In this document: one piece after another, positions 9,297-18,899 of the stretch
Position numbering within the stretch: position 1 is the first letter of the stretch
Layout of the letters: each line of letters opens with the position of its first letter
Assembly (NCBI GenBank): GCA_040753215.1
Contig: JBFMEZ010000025.1
Span: forward strand, 64,001-128,000
Direction of reading: 5' to 3'
Length of the DNA stretch: 64,000 nucleotides
Source of the DNA: Candidatus Micrarchaeota archaeon
GTDB lineage: Archaea > Micrarchaeota > Micrarchaeia > Anstonellales > Bilamarchaeaceae
Notes under the pieces: model-generated
Told to the model about the DNA's origin: nothing
Database searches by the model: none
What the model saw: the letters and a program-made list of their open reading frames with translations, nothing else
Translations under genes and position numbers: made by a program

Positions 9297-10775
9297 TCAT
9301 CCGCATTCGCCCCCTCCCCTCCTTTCCTTCGCAAGCTTCATCCCGTATTCCGTTGGGTAGTCGCCCGCAAGGCAGCCGGTGCAAAGCCCCAGCCCTATCG
9401 CCTTCTTCAGCCCTTCCAATGAAACATAATAAAGCGTATCAGCCCCTATGAATTTCCTTATCTCTTCGACGCTCTTTTTGTTTGCAATAAGCTCTTCATA
9501 CGTTGACATGTCCACCCCGTAGAAGCACGGGTGCCTTATTGGCGGGCAGGTGACGCGCATGTGTATCTCCCTCGCGCCCGCATCCCTCACCATCCTCAGT
9601 ATCTCCCTGGTGGTCGTGCCCCTGACTATGCTGTCGTCAACAACAATCACGCTCTTCCCTTCCACCACGCCCCTCACAGGGTTCAATTTCGCCTTCACCG
9701 CGCTTATGCGCGCTTTCTGGTCCGGCATTATGAACGTGCGGGCGACGTACCTGTTCTTTATTATGCCCTCCTCATACGGAATCTCCAGAGCCCTTGAAAT
9801 CTCCAGCGCCGCGGTCCTTGCAGTATCCGGTATGGGAACCACCACATCCGCCTTCACGGGCGCCTCCTTCGCGAGCGCAGCGCCCAGCCGCCTCCTCGCC
9901 TCATGCACCCCGACCCCGTTTATCACGGAGTCCGGCCTCGAGAAATAGACATACTCGAACATGCAGTGCCTGTGCGTGGAGGGAACGACCATCTTCTTCC
10001 TGAACCCCTCCCCCGGACTTATGGTCGCCATCTCCCCTCCGCCCAGCGTCCCTATATGTCTTGCACCGTTTATATCAAACGCAACGGTCTCGGATGCTGC
10101 GAAATACGCATCCCCGCTCTCCCCCAGCTCCAGGGGCCTTATCGCGTGCGGGTCCCTGAATGCAAACAGTACGCCGTCCTTTATCGCCACCACCGAATAC
10201 GAACCATCAAGTTTTCCCATCGCGTGCCTCACAGCTCCCTCCACCTCCTTTCCCGCAGCGAACGCCTCCGCGAGCAGGTGCAATATTGCCTCTGAGTCAA
10301 CCGTGCTGGAAAATTTTGCGCCTTTCTTCTCAAGCTCCTTCTTCAGCACATTGTAATTCGCGATGTGCCCGTTGTGCGCCACGGCCAGATTCATCTTATG
10401 CAGGATGGATGGCTGCACGTCCTCTATCCCGAAGCCATCCGTGGTGGGGTAGCGCGTGTGCGCAATCCCGGCGCTCCCGTTCATATCCATATCCTTCTCA
10501 GAGAATATGCGCGAGACCAGCCCAATCCCCCTCTTCTCCTCCAGTTTTTTACCGTTGTAGACCGCCATGCCCGCGGCATCCTGGCCCCTGTGCTGGAGCG
10601 CGAGCATGCCGTTGTAAACGTAGTTAGCCACGGGCTTGCCGGTTTTGGACAGCACGGCGACTATGCCGCAGCTCTCCCGTTTTCCGTTCCCGGTTTTCAT
10701 ATCTCTGCGGAGATAACTTGCAGAAACCTGCCGGTTTCCGCAATCCGGTTTCCAGTGCGCCGGCTCGTTTTCCAT
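9297..10775 (-). CDS. purF: Amidophosphoribosyltransferase; propeptide contains repeat-derived sequence (alternative start 10700)
   Basis: ES-CGIV Ntn cysteine, LQHRGQD, HTRYPT, CMFEYVYFSRPDS and VDDSIVRGTT motifs. Confidence 0.93.
   Translation of the reverse strand: MENEPAHWKPDCGNRQVSASYLRRDMKTGNGKRESCGIVAVLSKTGKPVANYVYNGMLALQHRGQDAAGMAVYNGKKLEEKRGIGLVSRIFSEKDMDMNGSAGIAHTRYPTTDGFGIEDVQPSILHKMNLAVAHNGHIANYNVLKKELEKKGAKFSSTVDSEAILHLLAEAFAAGKEVEGAVRHAMGKLDGSYSVVAIKDGVLFAFRDPHAIRPLELGESGDAYFAASETVAFDINGARHIGTLGGGEMATISPGEGFRKKMVVPSTHRHCMFEYVYFSRPDSVINGVGVHEARRRLGAALAKEAPVKADVVVPIPDTARTAALEISRALEIPYEEGIIKNRYVARTFIMPDQKARISAVKAKLNPVRGVVEGKSVIVVDDSIVRGTTTREILRMVRDAGAREIHMRVTCPPIRHPCFYGVDMSTYEELIANKKSVEEIRKFIGADTLYYVSLEGLKKAIGLGLCTGCLAGDYPTEYGMKLAKERRGGGECG
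10700..10743. repeat. Modular hairpin element (2 modules) within a heptamer array
   Basis: TATCTC-TGCG-GAGATA plus TTGCAGAAACC-TGCC-GGTTTCCGCAA. Confidence 0.8.
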
Positions 10776-10825
10776 ATCACATCTTTGCCGTTGATGTTTT
10801 AAAAACATCGTTTTGCCCTGCTGAA

Positions 10826-10843
10826 TTGTAACCATGGTTACAA
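10826..10843. promoter_or_regulatory. Perfect palindrome TTGTAACCATGGTTACAA, copy 2
   Basis: 18-bp palindrome upstream of the purF TATA-like box. Confidence 0.7.
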
Positions 10844-10882
10844 ACCAGTTCTCAGTTTCCAGTTCCCTGTTTTCGAAACAGG

Positions 10883-12070
10883 CTAGAAAAACTCGCCCAG
10901 CCTTCTCTGCCTGAGGATTTTGCTCCTCTTCACATATTCCGAAATCCCCTTCCTCAGCCGGCTTCCAGCGGAAGCCAGCGCCTCAGAGAGAGTAGAATAT
11001 TTCCTCACGTTCAGCGTCGCATCCCTCACGTTCTCCCGTACCTGGAACACTCCAACAGGAATCTGGTACCCTTCATAAATTTCCCGTATGGAAACCACCC
11101 GCGCCTGCCTCCTTATCCTGTCCAAAAACTCCAGAACCCCTATGCGCACAGCGTAATATCCGCCCGCCTGCGCGTCCGCATAAGCGGTCCTCCCCCCGAA
11201 CGGCTCGTATTCCCCGCTCACCCGGAAATTATCGCTCCCGGGCGTCCATATTGTCCCTGGCGCCCATGCCTCAAAGTTCTCAAATTCCCATTTTCCCGGC
11301 ATCACAATTATCTCAAAATGATTGGATAGCGATTCATTGCTCAGCACATAGAAATCCGGAACCTCCCCATACCCCCGAACCCTCTCCATCAGGTGCTTCC
11401 CGAGCATGTCATCCGTCGCAGTGATGCTCCACCGCGTGGGCACCATCTTCCTGTTCTCCTGCATCCCAAGAAGCCCTGCAGACAAAACCTTTGTGATATA
11501 ATAGTTATCCAGCCCCGTCTCAAACATCTCCGTGGCAATCTCCCTCGCCTTCGCCCTCTCATGCAGCAATTCATCCGCCTTCTTCGGCACCTTCGGGTTC
11601 TCGCAAAGCCTCACATCCTTCATCGTCCCTGAAGCCCCTATGGGCTGCGCAACGGAAGAAAAAGTGGGGCTGAACACCGGCTCTTTCGAGAATCTCATCT
11701 CCACATCCACCGGCCGCACGCTCATCGCCACATCCTGCGTCTCTTCCGCCATCCTGCCTTCCGGCCTTATCCCCCCATACCTTTTCCCGCGTACAACATT
11801 CACCCTGTGCTCTATTATCTTCTCATAACCCATCTCATACATTTCCCGCTCGCCCGCGTATTCTTTAAGTGGCAGCACCGGCCCCCAGGAAACCGAAGGA
11901 TAGCCGAAGCTGCCCACAAAAACCTCCGCGCTTTCTCCGAAAATATCCTTCTTCCCCAGGCTCTCCTGCCCCCTTCTCATCGCGCCCAGTTTGCTGAGCA
12001 GCGGGCAGTAGTCCAGCCCACACATCTTCCTTGTGCCTTTGCAGATGTGGCAATAGTTGTCCGGTCTCAT
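10883..12070 (-). CDS. nreA: Archaeal DNA repair protein NreA (DUF650/DUF651)
   Basis: N-terminal CxxC-x5-C-x4-C, PTRWSITATDD, GGYYA, C-terminal PIP box QRRLGEFF. Confidence 0.9.
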   Translation of the reverse strand: MRPDNYCHICKGTRKMCGLDYCPLLSKLGAMRRGQESLGKKDIFGESAEVFVGSFGYPSVSWGPVLPLKEYAGEREMYEMGYEKIIEHRVNVVRGKRYGGIRPEGRMAEETQDVAMSVRPVDVEMRFSKEPVFSPTFSSVAQPIGASGTMKDVRLCENPKVPKKADELLHERAKAREIATEMFETGLDNYYITKVLSAGLLGMQENRKMVPTRWSITATDDMLGKHLMERVRGYGEVPDFYVLSNESLSNHFEIIVMPGKWEFENFEAWAPGTIWTPGSDNFRVSGEYEPFGGRTAYADAQAGGYYAVRIGVLEFLDRIRRQARVVSIREIYEGYQIPVGVFQVRENVRDATLNVRKYSTLSEALASAGSRLRKGISEYVKRSKILRQRRLGEFF

Positions 12071-12243
12071 GTAGTTCTCGGTCTCCGGTTTCCAGTTTCC
12101 AGCCCGGGTAGCATACTGTTTATTCCGTTTGCCTTCTAATAAACCTTCGCACGCCTCAGCCCGGTTTTCCCTGCATACATTCCTTACGCCGTCGGCTCCC
12201 AGATAGGTTTATATAACATTTCCGAGTAAATATAGAAGTGGTA

Positions 12244-12972
12244 ATGATGGCGCATAAAGCCAGACGTCATTCTAAAGAAAAAAAGAGGCCGAGCGCAAGG
12301 AAGCCCTCCCGTGCGGCAAAGCGCGCTAAGGCAAAGCCCAGCCGCAAGGCCGTGCGTAAGCGCCTGCCCCACGTAAAATCCTGGCCGAAGTCCATGGTTA
12401 AGCTCAGGCCAAAATCCGCACAAAAAACAAAAAAGGCCGCGGAGGCCCCCGCAAGGAAGGAGGCGCCGCCAAAGCCGAACACGGAGCTCCTCACACTACT
12501 CGGAGATGCGCGCATCCGCCAGCTTCTCGTGGATGCGGGCGGCGAGCACACTCTGGAGATAGTAAAATCCTTCTCAAAGGAGCTGAGCGACGATGACCTC
12601 GCCAAGAAGCTCAAGATAAAGATAAGCGATGTCCGCGCCACGCTAAACCGGCTCCACAACATAGGGGTTGTCCAGTACAACCGCTACAAGGATGCGGAGA
12701 CGGGCTGGTTCTCCTATTTCTGGTCCCTCAACATGGATAAGACAAAGGGATGGGTGGAGGAGCAGCTCATGAAGGATTCCGCGCCCGGCGACATCTCCAG
12801 CTCGGAATACTATTTCTGCCCCAAGTGCGGCTCAGAGAGCATCTATGAGTTCGCAGCCGCTTCTGACTACTCCTTCAGGTGCCCGCTCTGCAACCGCGCC
12901 CTTGAATTCGTGGACGAGGATGCAGCGAAGGATTTGTTCCCAAGGGGCCCGAGGCGCCCGTCCACCCCGTAA
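12244..12972 (+). CDS. tfe: Transcription factor E (TFE alpha) with a long basic N-terminal extension
   Basis: wHTH (DDLAKKL..VRATLNRL), GWFSYFW, zinc ribbon CPKC..CPLC. Confidence 0.88.
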   Translation: MMAHKARRHSKEKKRPSARKPSRAAKRAKAKPSRKAVRKRLPHVKSWPKSMVKLRPKSAQKTKKAAEAPARKEAPPKPNTELLTLLGDARIRQLLVDAGGEHTLEIVKSFSKELSDDDLAKKLKIKISDVRATLNRLHNIGVVQYNRYKDAETGWFSYFWSLNMDKTKGWVEEQLMKDSAPGDISSSEYYFCPKCGSESIYEFAAASDYSFRCPLCNRALEFVDEDAAKDLFPRGPRRPSTP

Positions 12973-13039
12973 TCGGTTCTCTGTCTCCGGTTCCCAGTTT
13001 CCCCGCACGCTTTTATCCCTTTCCTCCTAATCCATAGCC

Positions 13040-13444
13040 ATGGGGAAGGAAAAGCATGAGAAGCGCATACAGGAGATTAACGCCTACTTAGTCCCATCCT
13101 TCCAGGGCAAGTTCCTTATCCTACGCAGGAGGGGCTCCAGCATCTGGGAATTCCCCGGAGGCGGCGTGGACTGGGGCGAGGACCCTTATGCAGCAGCCAT
13201 ACGCGAATGCAGGGAAGAGATAGGGCTCGCGCCCCACTCCGTAAAATTAGTAGGGATAACCTCCGCCACTTATGAGAAAGATGGAACCGAAAAGCACTCC
13301 ATCTACATCGTCTATAAGGGAGAAATAAGCTCGGACAAATACGAATTAGGATTAGAGCATGAGGAGGGAAGGTGGGTTTCCCTCACCGAATTACAGTTCA
13401 TGCACCTCGGGCTGAATGCGCAGGACGTGCCCCAAATGCTTTAA
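13040..13444 (+). CDS. NUDIX hydrolase
   Basis: Nudix box PGGGVDWGEDPYAAAIRECREEIG. Confidence 0.92.
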   Translation: MGKEKHEKRIQEINAYLVPSFQGKFLILRRRGSSIWEFPGGGVDWGEDPYAAAIRECREEIGLAPHSVKLVGITSATYEKDGTEKHSIYIVYKGEISSDKYELGLEHEEGRWVSLTELQFMHLGLNAQDVPQML

Positions 13445-14208
13445 TCAGTTTTCGGTTCCCTATTTCCAGTTCCGCCCGTTCCCTTCCTCTTCTTCAGGAA
13501 AAATATGTACTTCTCCGCCCTCTCCAATCTGCCCTTCAGCCTTCTCACTTCCGCATCCCTCGCCACCTCCCCAACCCGCGCACTCCTTGCCCTTCTCAGC
13601 TCCGCCTCCAGCCCGTCCGCCCTCGCCTTCTCGTATTCCAGCGCCTTTCTAAGATTTGCATTCTCCTCCGCCAGTCTTGCAACCCGTTCGTCCCTCCTGC
13701 CCGATGCCCCCTCTCTTTTCACTTCCTTCTCTTCTTCCGCCACCCTCTTCTCCTCCTTTCTCGTCAGCATCAGTTCCGCATTGTGCAGAGAATACCCCTG
13801 CACAACCATATGCTTCAATAAATCCCTGTCCAGCGCAGTATCCATCCCCTCAATCTGCCTCAGCCGGTTCTCATACGCGTGGTAGGCCTTCATCGCGCCT
13901 GCGTATGCATCCCTTATGTGCACATCATCAATGAACCTGCCCATTTCCTTCTTCTCCTCCTGCGTGAGGCTCCGCTCAGGATAAGACAACCGTACATTGA
14001 ACCTTGCAGCCACCTTCTGCACAAAGCTGGGAGGCGGATTCACATCGCTCGCAATCAGGGAAGGAACGCCCACCTTCCTTATGATTTCCACAACCCTCTC
14101 GTCGCTTGCCTCCTTCTCGCATCCAGAGGCAACAAGCTCGCCTTTCAAATTGAGTGCCGCAAAAGCCGTATACACGCCCGGGTCAATGCCAACAATGAGG
14201 TGTTGTAT
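13441..14208 (-). CDS. DUF460 family protein; probable ATA start
   Basis: Frame extends upstream of the listed GTG to IQHLIVGIDPG; also ASDVNP.P, HIRDA and a coiled-coil C-terminus. Confidence 0.8.
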   Translation of the reverse strand: MQHLIVGIDPGVYTAFAALNLKGELVASGCEKEASDERVVEIIRKVGVPSLIASDVNPPPSFVQKVAARFNVRLSYPERSLTQEEKKEMGRFIDDVHIRDAYAGAMKAYHAYENRLRQIEGMDTALDRDLLKHMVVQGYSLHNAELMLTRKEEKRVAEEEKEVKREGASGRRDERVARLAEENANLRKALEYEKARADGLEAELRRARSARVGEVARDAEVRRLKGRLERAEKYIFFLKKRKGTGGTGNREPKTD

Positions 14209-14220
14209 CCAATCCCCTTC

Positions 14221-15438
14221 CTATCCAGTTATAACGTAATCCTGCTTCAAAAGGACCTTCTGCCCAGGGCGGAGGTTCCTCGTAACCGTAACCCCGCTCC
14301 CAACCCAGCAATCATTTCCAATAAGCTTTCCAGGCATCGTGCAACTAAGAACCCCGAACTTCACATTATCCCCAATCAGCGCCCCAAGCTTCTTCCTCCC
14401 GGAATTCACCCACCCCTTCTCCACAAGCACGACCACATTGCTAGCGTCAAACCTGTAATTTGCAACCTGTGTCCCCGAACCGAAATTAACCCCCTGCCCG
14501 ACCACGCTATCCCCAATATACGATAAATGCTTCGCCTTCACATCATCAAATAGAATACTGTTCTTCACCGTAGTGGATTCACCAATCTCGCAGTTCTTCC
14601 CAATTGAATTGAACCCTCTCAAAAGTGCATGAGGCCCAATCCTGGTTCCGGCCCCGATATACGAAGCCCCCTCCACAAAGCTATCCACGACCTCCGCCCC
14701 CTCCTCCATTATCAGCTTCCCCTTCACAGTGGAATTCTCGACAGTCCCTGCGTTTGCCTCCATCTTATCCAAAAGATACTGATTCAAATCGAAAAGGTGC
14801 CACGGATACCCCACGTCCATCCAGAACTCCTCCGTCTCCACCACGTGCGCGCCCTTCAGCACATCCGTAATCTCATACTCCCCCCGCGGTGAGGGCGCGA
14901 GTGCCCTGATCTCATCAAAAATCTTCTTATTGAACGCATAAACAGAGATGTTCGCAAGGTTTCCCTTCGGGTGCTCCGGCTTCTCCTCCATGCCCACGAG
15001 CACCCCATCCTTCACTTCCGCAATCCCGTACCTCTGCGGCTCATCCACTTTTTTGAGCGCAACCGTCTTCTTCCCGTCATATTTCTCAATCACGTCCCTG
15101 TAAATCTCCGGGCTGCACACATTGTCCGCAGCCACCACCAGAAACTCCTCCACCGCCTTCTCCCTCGCATCATAAATCGCGGCAGCAGTCCCGTGCCTTT
15201 CCCCCTGCACCGCAAACTCAATCGCCATCCCCAAATTTTCTTCCTTCAAGTAATCGATAATCTGCTCCTTCCTGTACTTCACCACCACTACCGCTTCCTT
15301 CACCCCCGCATTCTTCAGATTGGACAGCACATTCCACACAAGCGGCTTCCCGGCCACCTGCAGCATCGCCTTTGGCCGCGTATAGGTAAGGGGGCGCATC
15401 CGTTCGCCTTCCCCGCCCGCCAAAACGATTGCTTTCAA
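14221..15438 (-). CDS. glmU: Bifunctional sugar-1-phosphate nucleotidyltransferase/acetyltransferase
   Basis: LAGGEGERMRPLT..RPK, EKP, hexapeptide repeats, HLSYIGDS. Confidence 0.92.
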   Translation of the reverse strand: MKAIVLAGGEGERMRPLTYTRPKAMLQVAGKPLVWNVLSNLKNAGVKEAVVVVKYRKEQIIDYLKEENLGMAIEFAVQGERHGTAAAIYDAREKAVEEFLVVAADNVCSPEIYRDVIEKYDGKKTVALKKVDEPQRYGIAEVKDGVLVGMEEKPEHPKGNLANISVYAFNKKIFDEIRALAPSPRGEYEITDVLKGAHVVETEEFWMDVGYPWHLFDLNQYLLDKMEANAGTVENSTVKGKLIMEEGAEVVDSFVEGASYIGAGTRIGPHALLRGFNSIGKNCEIGESTTVKNSILFDDVKAKHLSYIGDSVVGQGVNFGSGTQVANYRFDASNVVVLVEKGWVNSGRKKLGALIGDNVKFGVLSCTMPGKLIGNDCWVGSGVTVTRNLRPGQKVLLKQDYVITG

Positions 15439-15503
15439 GTTTCCACCCGATTTACTCTCTGCGCAAGAGAATAAGAAATTAACTAACGCCTACACACTAA
15501 CGC

Positions 15504-16841
15504 CTAAACAGCCTTCCTTATTATTTCCCTCGCCTTCCCCGCAACCTTGTCCAGCAATTCCTTATTCTTCGCTTCGGCCGTCAGTCTGATTATGCTTTCA
15601 GTTCCGGAAGGCCTAACAAGAACCCAATACCCTTCTCCATCTATCCGTATCCCGTCCCCGGTTTCCAGTTTCCAGTTGCCGGTTTCCCGTTTCCAGCCTG
15701 ATTCAAGCTCCGGCATTATCCTTTCCATCGCCTTTTTCCTGTCCGCAGTCTTATACTTCTCCCTGACCATTGGATTGGGTTTAAACCGGGCCGCAAGCGC
15801 ACTGAATTTCCCTTTCTCACAGAACATCTCCACAAACTTCGCGGCAGCCATTACCCCATCAGGCACAAGCACTCCCCCCCTAAAGATGTACTCCCCAGCC
15901 GGCTCACCGCCAAAGACCCCCTCGCTCTTCACCATCTCCTCGCTCACATGCACGCTCCCCACAGAAGTCAAAACAAACTCCACCCCATTCTTCTCAACCG
16001 TCTCCTTCACAATGAGCGAGCTCTCCACCGTGCTCACCACCTTCCCCTTCTTCTTTGCCAGCTCTTCCTCAATCATAAGCGCAAGTTGCACATCCGCATT
16101 CAAAAGCTCCCCTCTCTCATCCACAACTGCGCACCTGTCCGCATCCCCATCATGCGCAATGCCCAAATCCGCCCCGCATGCCCGTACCGCAGCAGAAAGC
16201 CAGGGCAGATTCTCCTTATTCGGCTCAGAAGGCCGGTTGAACCCCCTGGTTTCGCAGTTCAAGGATACAACCCTGCACCCCAGCTCCCTAAGAAGATAGG
16301 GCGTAACCACCGCCCCTGCCCCATTGCAGTCCACAACAACCTTCGGCTTCTTCTTCGCAATCAGTTTCGCATCCACATTCCTCTTCACAAGTTCAACATA
16401 TTCAGGAATTACATCCTCAACCCTCCTTCCCCCTGGAAAAGCCCCGTATTCCATCCCCTTTTCATATCTTTCCAGAACCCGCTTCTCTTCGTTTCTGCTT
16501 ATCTCCCGCCCTTTTCTCATGAATTTCAAGCCATTATACTCGGCCGGATTATGGGAAGCCGTAACCATCATCCCCCCGCACCCGAATTTCATGCTCGCAA
16601 AAGCCACTAAAGGAGTAGGCACAATCCCCAGCCCGATCCCATCATGCCCCGAACCCAAAACCCCACTCATGGCCGCAAAAGCCAGCGGAACCCCGCTCTC
16701 CCGCGTATCCCTTCCTATGCAGACATCTGATTCGGCAAATGCATTTGCCATCCTTAACGCTAACTCAGGCGTAATCTCCTTTCCATAGATTCCCCTTATC
16801 CCCGAAGTCCCAAACATCGGTTTCCTATTCCCCAAAAGCAA
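15504..16841 (-). CDS. glmM: Phosphoglucosamine mutase / phosphohexomutase
   Basis: FGTSGIRG, TASHNP, DGDADR and RPSGTE motifs. Confidence 0.9.
   Translation of the reverse strand: MLLGNRKPMFGTSGIRGIYGKEITPELALRMANAFAESDVCIGRDTRESGVPLAFAAMSGVLGSGHDGIGLGIVPTPLVAFASMKFGCGGMMVTASHNPAEYNGLKFMRKGREISRNEEKRVLERYEKGMEYGAFPGGRRVEDVIPEYVELVKRNVDAKLIAKKKPKVVVDCNGAGAVVTPYLLRELGCRVVSLNCETRGFNRPSEPNKENLPWLSAAVRACGADLGIAHDGDADRCAVVDERGELLNADVQLALMIEEELAKKKGKVVSTVESSLIVKETVEKNGVEFVLTSVGSVHVSEEMVKSEGVFGGEPAGEYIFRGGVLVPDGVMAAAKFVEMFCEKGKFSALAARFKPNPMVREKYKTADRKKAMERIMPELESGWKRETGNWKLETGDGIRIDGEGYWVLVRPSGTESIIRLTAEAKNKELLDKVAGKAREIIRKAV
15651..15697. repeat. Heptamer array in frame inside glmM
   Basis: ccggtttccagtttccagttgccggtttcccgtttccag, encoding WKRETGNWKLETGDG. 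Confidence 0.8.
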
Positions 16842-16914
16842 ATATAAAGATAAGTTTGTGCATTTTGGTGTTTAAAAGTGTCTTTTAAAACCCTTCGCAA
16901 CCCTATATTATTGA

Positions 16915-18780
16915 ATGGCAGGCCAGAACGGAGATTCAAAAGCCCCACGGCAGGCAGTGGTTCCCCCAGAGCCGGGGCCGCCGGCCAGGAGGCTCGAATC
17001 CCGTGTCCCCACGCTCCCGCCCCAGGCTCCAGCACAGCCCAAGCCCCTGGTCGCAGGAATAGACAGGGCAGCAGGAATAAAGCCCTCTCAATCAACGGTT
17101 CCAGGGAGAACGCGGCCAAGGATTACCCGCATTTCCGAGTATCTCGCCGAGCTTAGGAGGATGGAAATGGCGCAGTCCCCCCCGCCCGCCGCGAGATTTG
17201 ACAGGGACACGTACGAATTCATGCAGGGGTTGCGCGGAAAGGTTCAGGAGAGAAGGGAGCCGATGGACTGGTCCGGCATAGGCTGCGTAAAAGAAGCGCC
17301 TGCCCCGCATTCGCTCGTGGATACGCTCACAAACGGTTTCCCGGCAGCCGCGGAAGTGCCGGCCGGGGCTCCGCCAGGCACCGACGGGCTGCTTTCAAAG
17401 GAGCTGTGGGTTGAAGCCGGCCTCCCGCGCCTGCGCAAGAAGAAGCCGGCATCCATTGATGAGCCCCCTGACATCAAGAAGCGCCTTGACCAGTGGTGCC
17501 TTTCGCTTGACCATCCCGCAAAGGAGGTCCTGCTCAATTCCCTCATAGAGGACGCGGTCTCCGAATTCTCGGCCCTGAAGCGCGCGTCAAAGGGCCTGGT
17601 GACCGTCTGCTCCGGAGGAAGGCCCGACTACCTTCTCGAAGCCGAGGTCGGCGCACCGGTCGGCAACATCTCAGCCCAGTTCCTCAGGAAAATGAACACA
17701 ATGAGAAAGCATGGCATTCTCCCGGAAGCGGACGCAAAGGCGCTGGTTGAGCAGCTCGTCCGCTTCGTCTTCCACAATCCCGGCCCGGTGGAGGGCCCCG
17801 GCATAACAGAGGCCGGCATGAGGAACGGCTTCTTCCGCGCTGTCACATGGTGCATATGCACGTGCACGAACCCCTCCCTGTTCCAGGAATTCTTCTCGAA
17901 GAACAACATACTGCTCATAGATGCGGTCGGGATAGCGGCAGGCCTCAATTCAGACGAGGCCAGGGCAGTTATGGGCGATGCGGGCGTTCGCTCCGCGCTT
18001 TACAGGCTCCTGAAAAAGAGGTGGGTGGCCACAGGTTTCGAGCACCTCAAGGAGACGCTAAGGGCGGACAGCGCCAGGGGGTTGCTCGACCCAAGGGCTG
18101 CGTTCCACTTCACCACGGTCCTTTTCAGGGAGGCCGGCGAATACCAGCGCATCGTACAGTCCTACTCCATACTCGCAAGGAACATGAGCAACCTTAAGGT
18201 AGTATCCCCCTCGCGCGGCATTCTTTACCTAAGCGAGAGGGAGTTCATCGCCTGCCTCAGGTCTAGGGGAAACCTGCAGCCCAGGCTCAGGGCCGGGATA
18301 GACAGGATGCACGAGTTCATAGCCGGGCTTTTCGCAGGCAGGGCAAAGGGTTCTGGCCAGGAGGAACACCAGTATGCGGTGGGCAGGAGCCCGGCGGAGA
18401 TATCCGGGATATTCAACACGGTCCTTGAGGGGCTGGATTTTTTCATCGGAGACCCCAAGATGCGCAGGATGGCCCTGGAGGCGATACAGCACTATGGGAT
18501 AGGGGGCGGGGAGGGCCAGCCGGCTTCCTTCAAGAAGATATTCGCGCTCTGCCTCTTCACGCGCTACAGGGACGTGCAGGATTACGGCAGGCTCTTCAGG
18601 CTGCTCTTCGACTATTCTGACCCAATAGTCTCGGACCTGGCCCTGGACCATGCCGCGTGGCTTCTGGCGCAGGAGGCAAACTTCATCCTGCTGCGCGAGG
18701 AAAAGCCGCGGGAGTCCGCCGCCACCCTAAGCCCGGAGGACCTCGCGCAGATACTCGCGGAAGGGGATTCCCCGTTCTGA
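16915..18780 (+). CDS. Hypothetical protein with Pro-rich N-terminus and helical body
   Basis: 621-aa ORF with AT-rich promoter; no motif recognised. Confidence 0.75.
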   Translation: MAGQNGDSKAPRQAVVPPEPGPPARRLESRVPTLPPQAPAQPKPLVAGIDRAAGIKPSQSTVPGRTRPRITRISEYLAELRRMEMAQSPPPAARFDRDTYEFMQGLRGKVQERREPMDWSGIGCVKEAPAPHSLVDTLTNGFPAAAEVPAGAPPGTDGLLSKELWVEAGLPRLRKKKPASIDEPPDIKKRLDQWCLSLDHPAKEVLLNSLIEDAVSEFSALKRASKGLVTVCSGGRPDYLLEAEVGAPVGNISAQFLRKMNTMRKHGILPEADAKALVEQLVRFVFHNPGPVEGPGITEAGMRNGFFRAVTWCICTCTNPSLFQEFFSKNNILLIDAVGIAAGLNSDEARAVMGDAGVRSALYRLLKKRWVATGFEHLKETLRADSARGLLDPRAAFHFTTVLFREAGEYQRIVQSYSILARNMSNLKVVSPSRGILYLSEREFIACLRSRGNLQPRLRAGIDRMHEFIAGLFAGRAKGSGQEEHQYAVGRSPAEISGIFNTVLEGLDFFIGDPKMRRMALEAIQHYGIGGGEGQPASFKKIFALCLFTRYRDVQDYGRLFRLLFDYSDPIVSDLALDHAAWLLAQEANFILLREEKPRESAATLSPEDLAQILAEGDSPF

Positions 18781-18899
18781 GTTTCCAGTTTCCGTGTCTC
18801 TGCGGAGACAACTCCATGTTGCTTCGGCAACAACTGGCGAAGTTCTGCGGAACTTCACCATGGCAGAAACCCGCGGGTTTCCGCCATCGGGTTTCCAGT
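18781..18899. repeat. Modular hairpin element (4 modules) flanked by heptamers, between convergent genes
   Basis: Near-identical to 51247-51339. Confidence 0.85.

Noticed and set aside
8321..9451. 376-aa ORF and the many other antisense ORFs
   Set aside because: Shadow frames opposite well-supported genes in a moderately GC-rich genome; no motifs.
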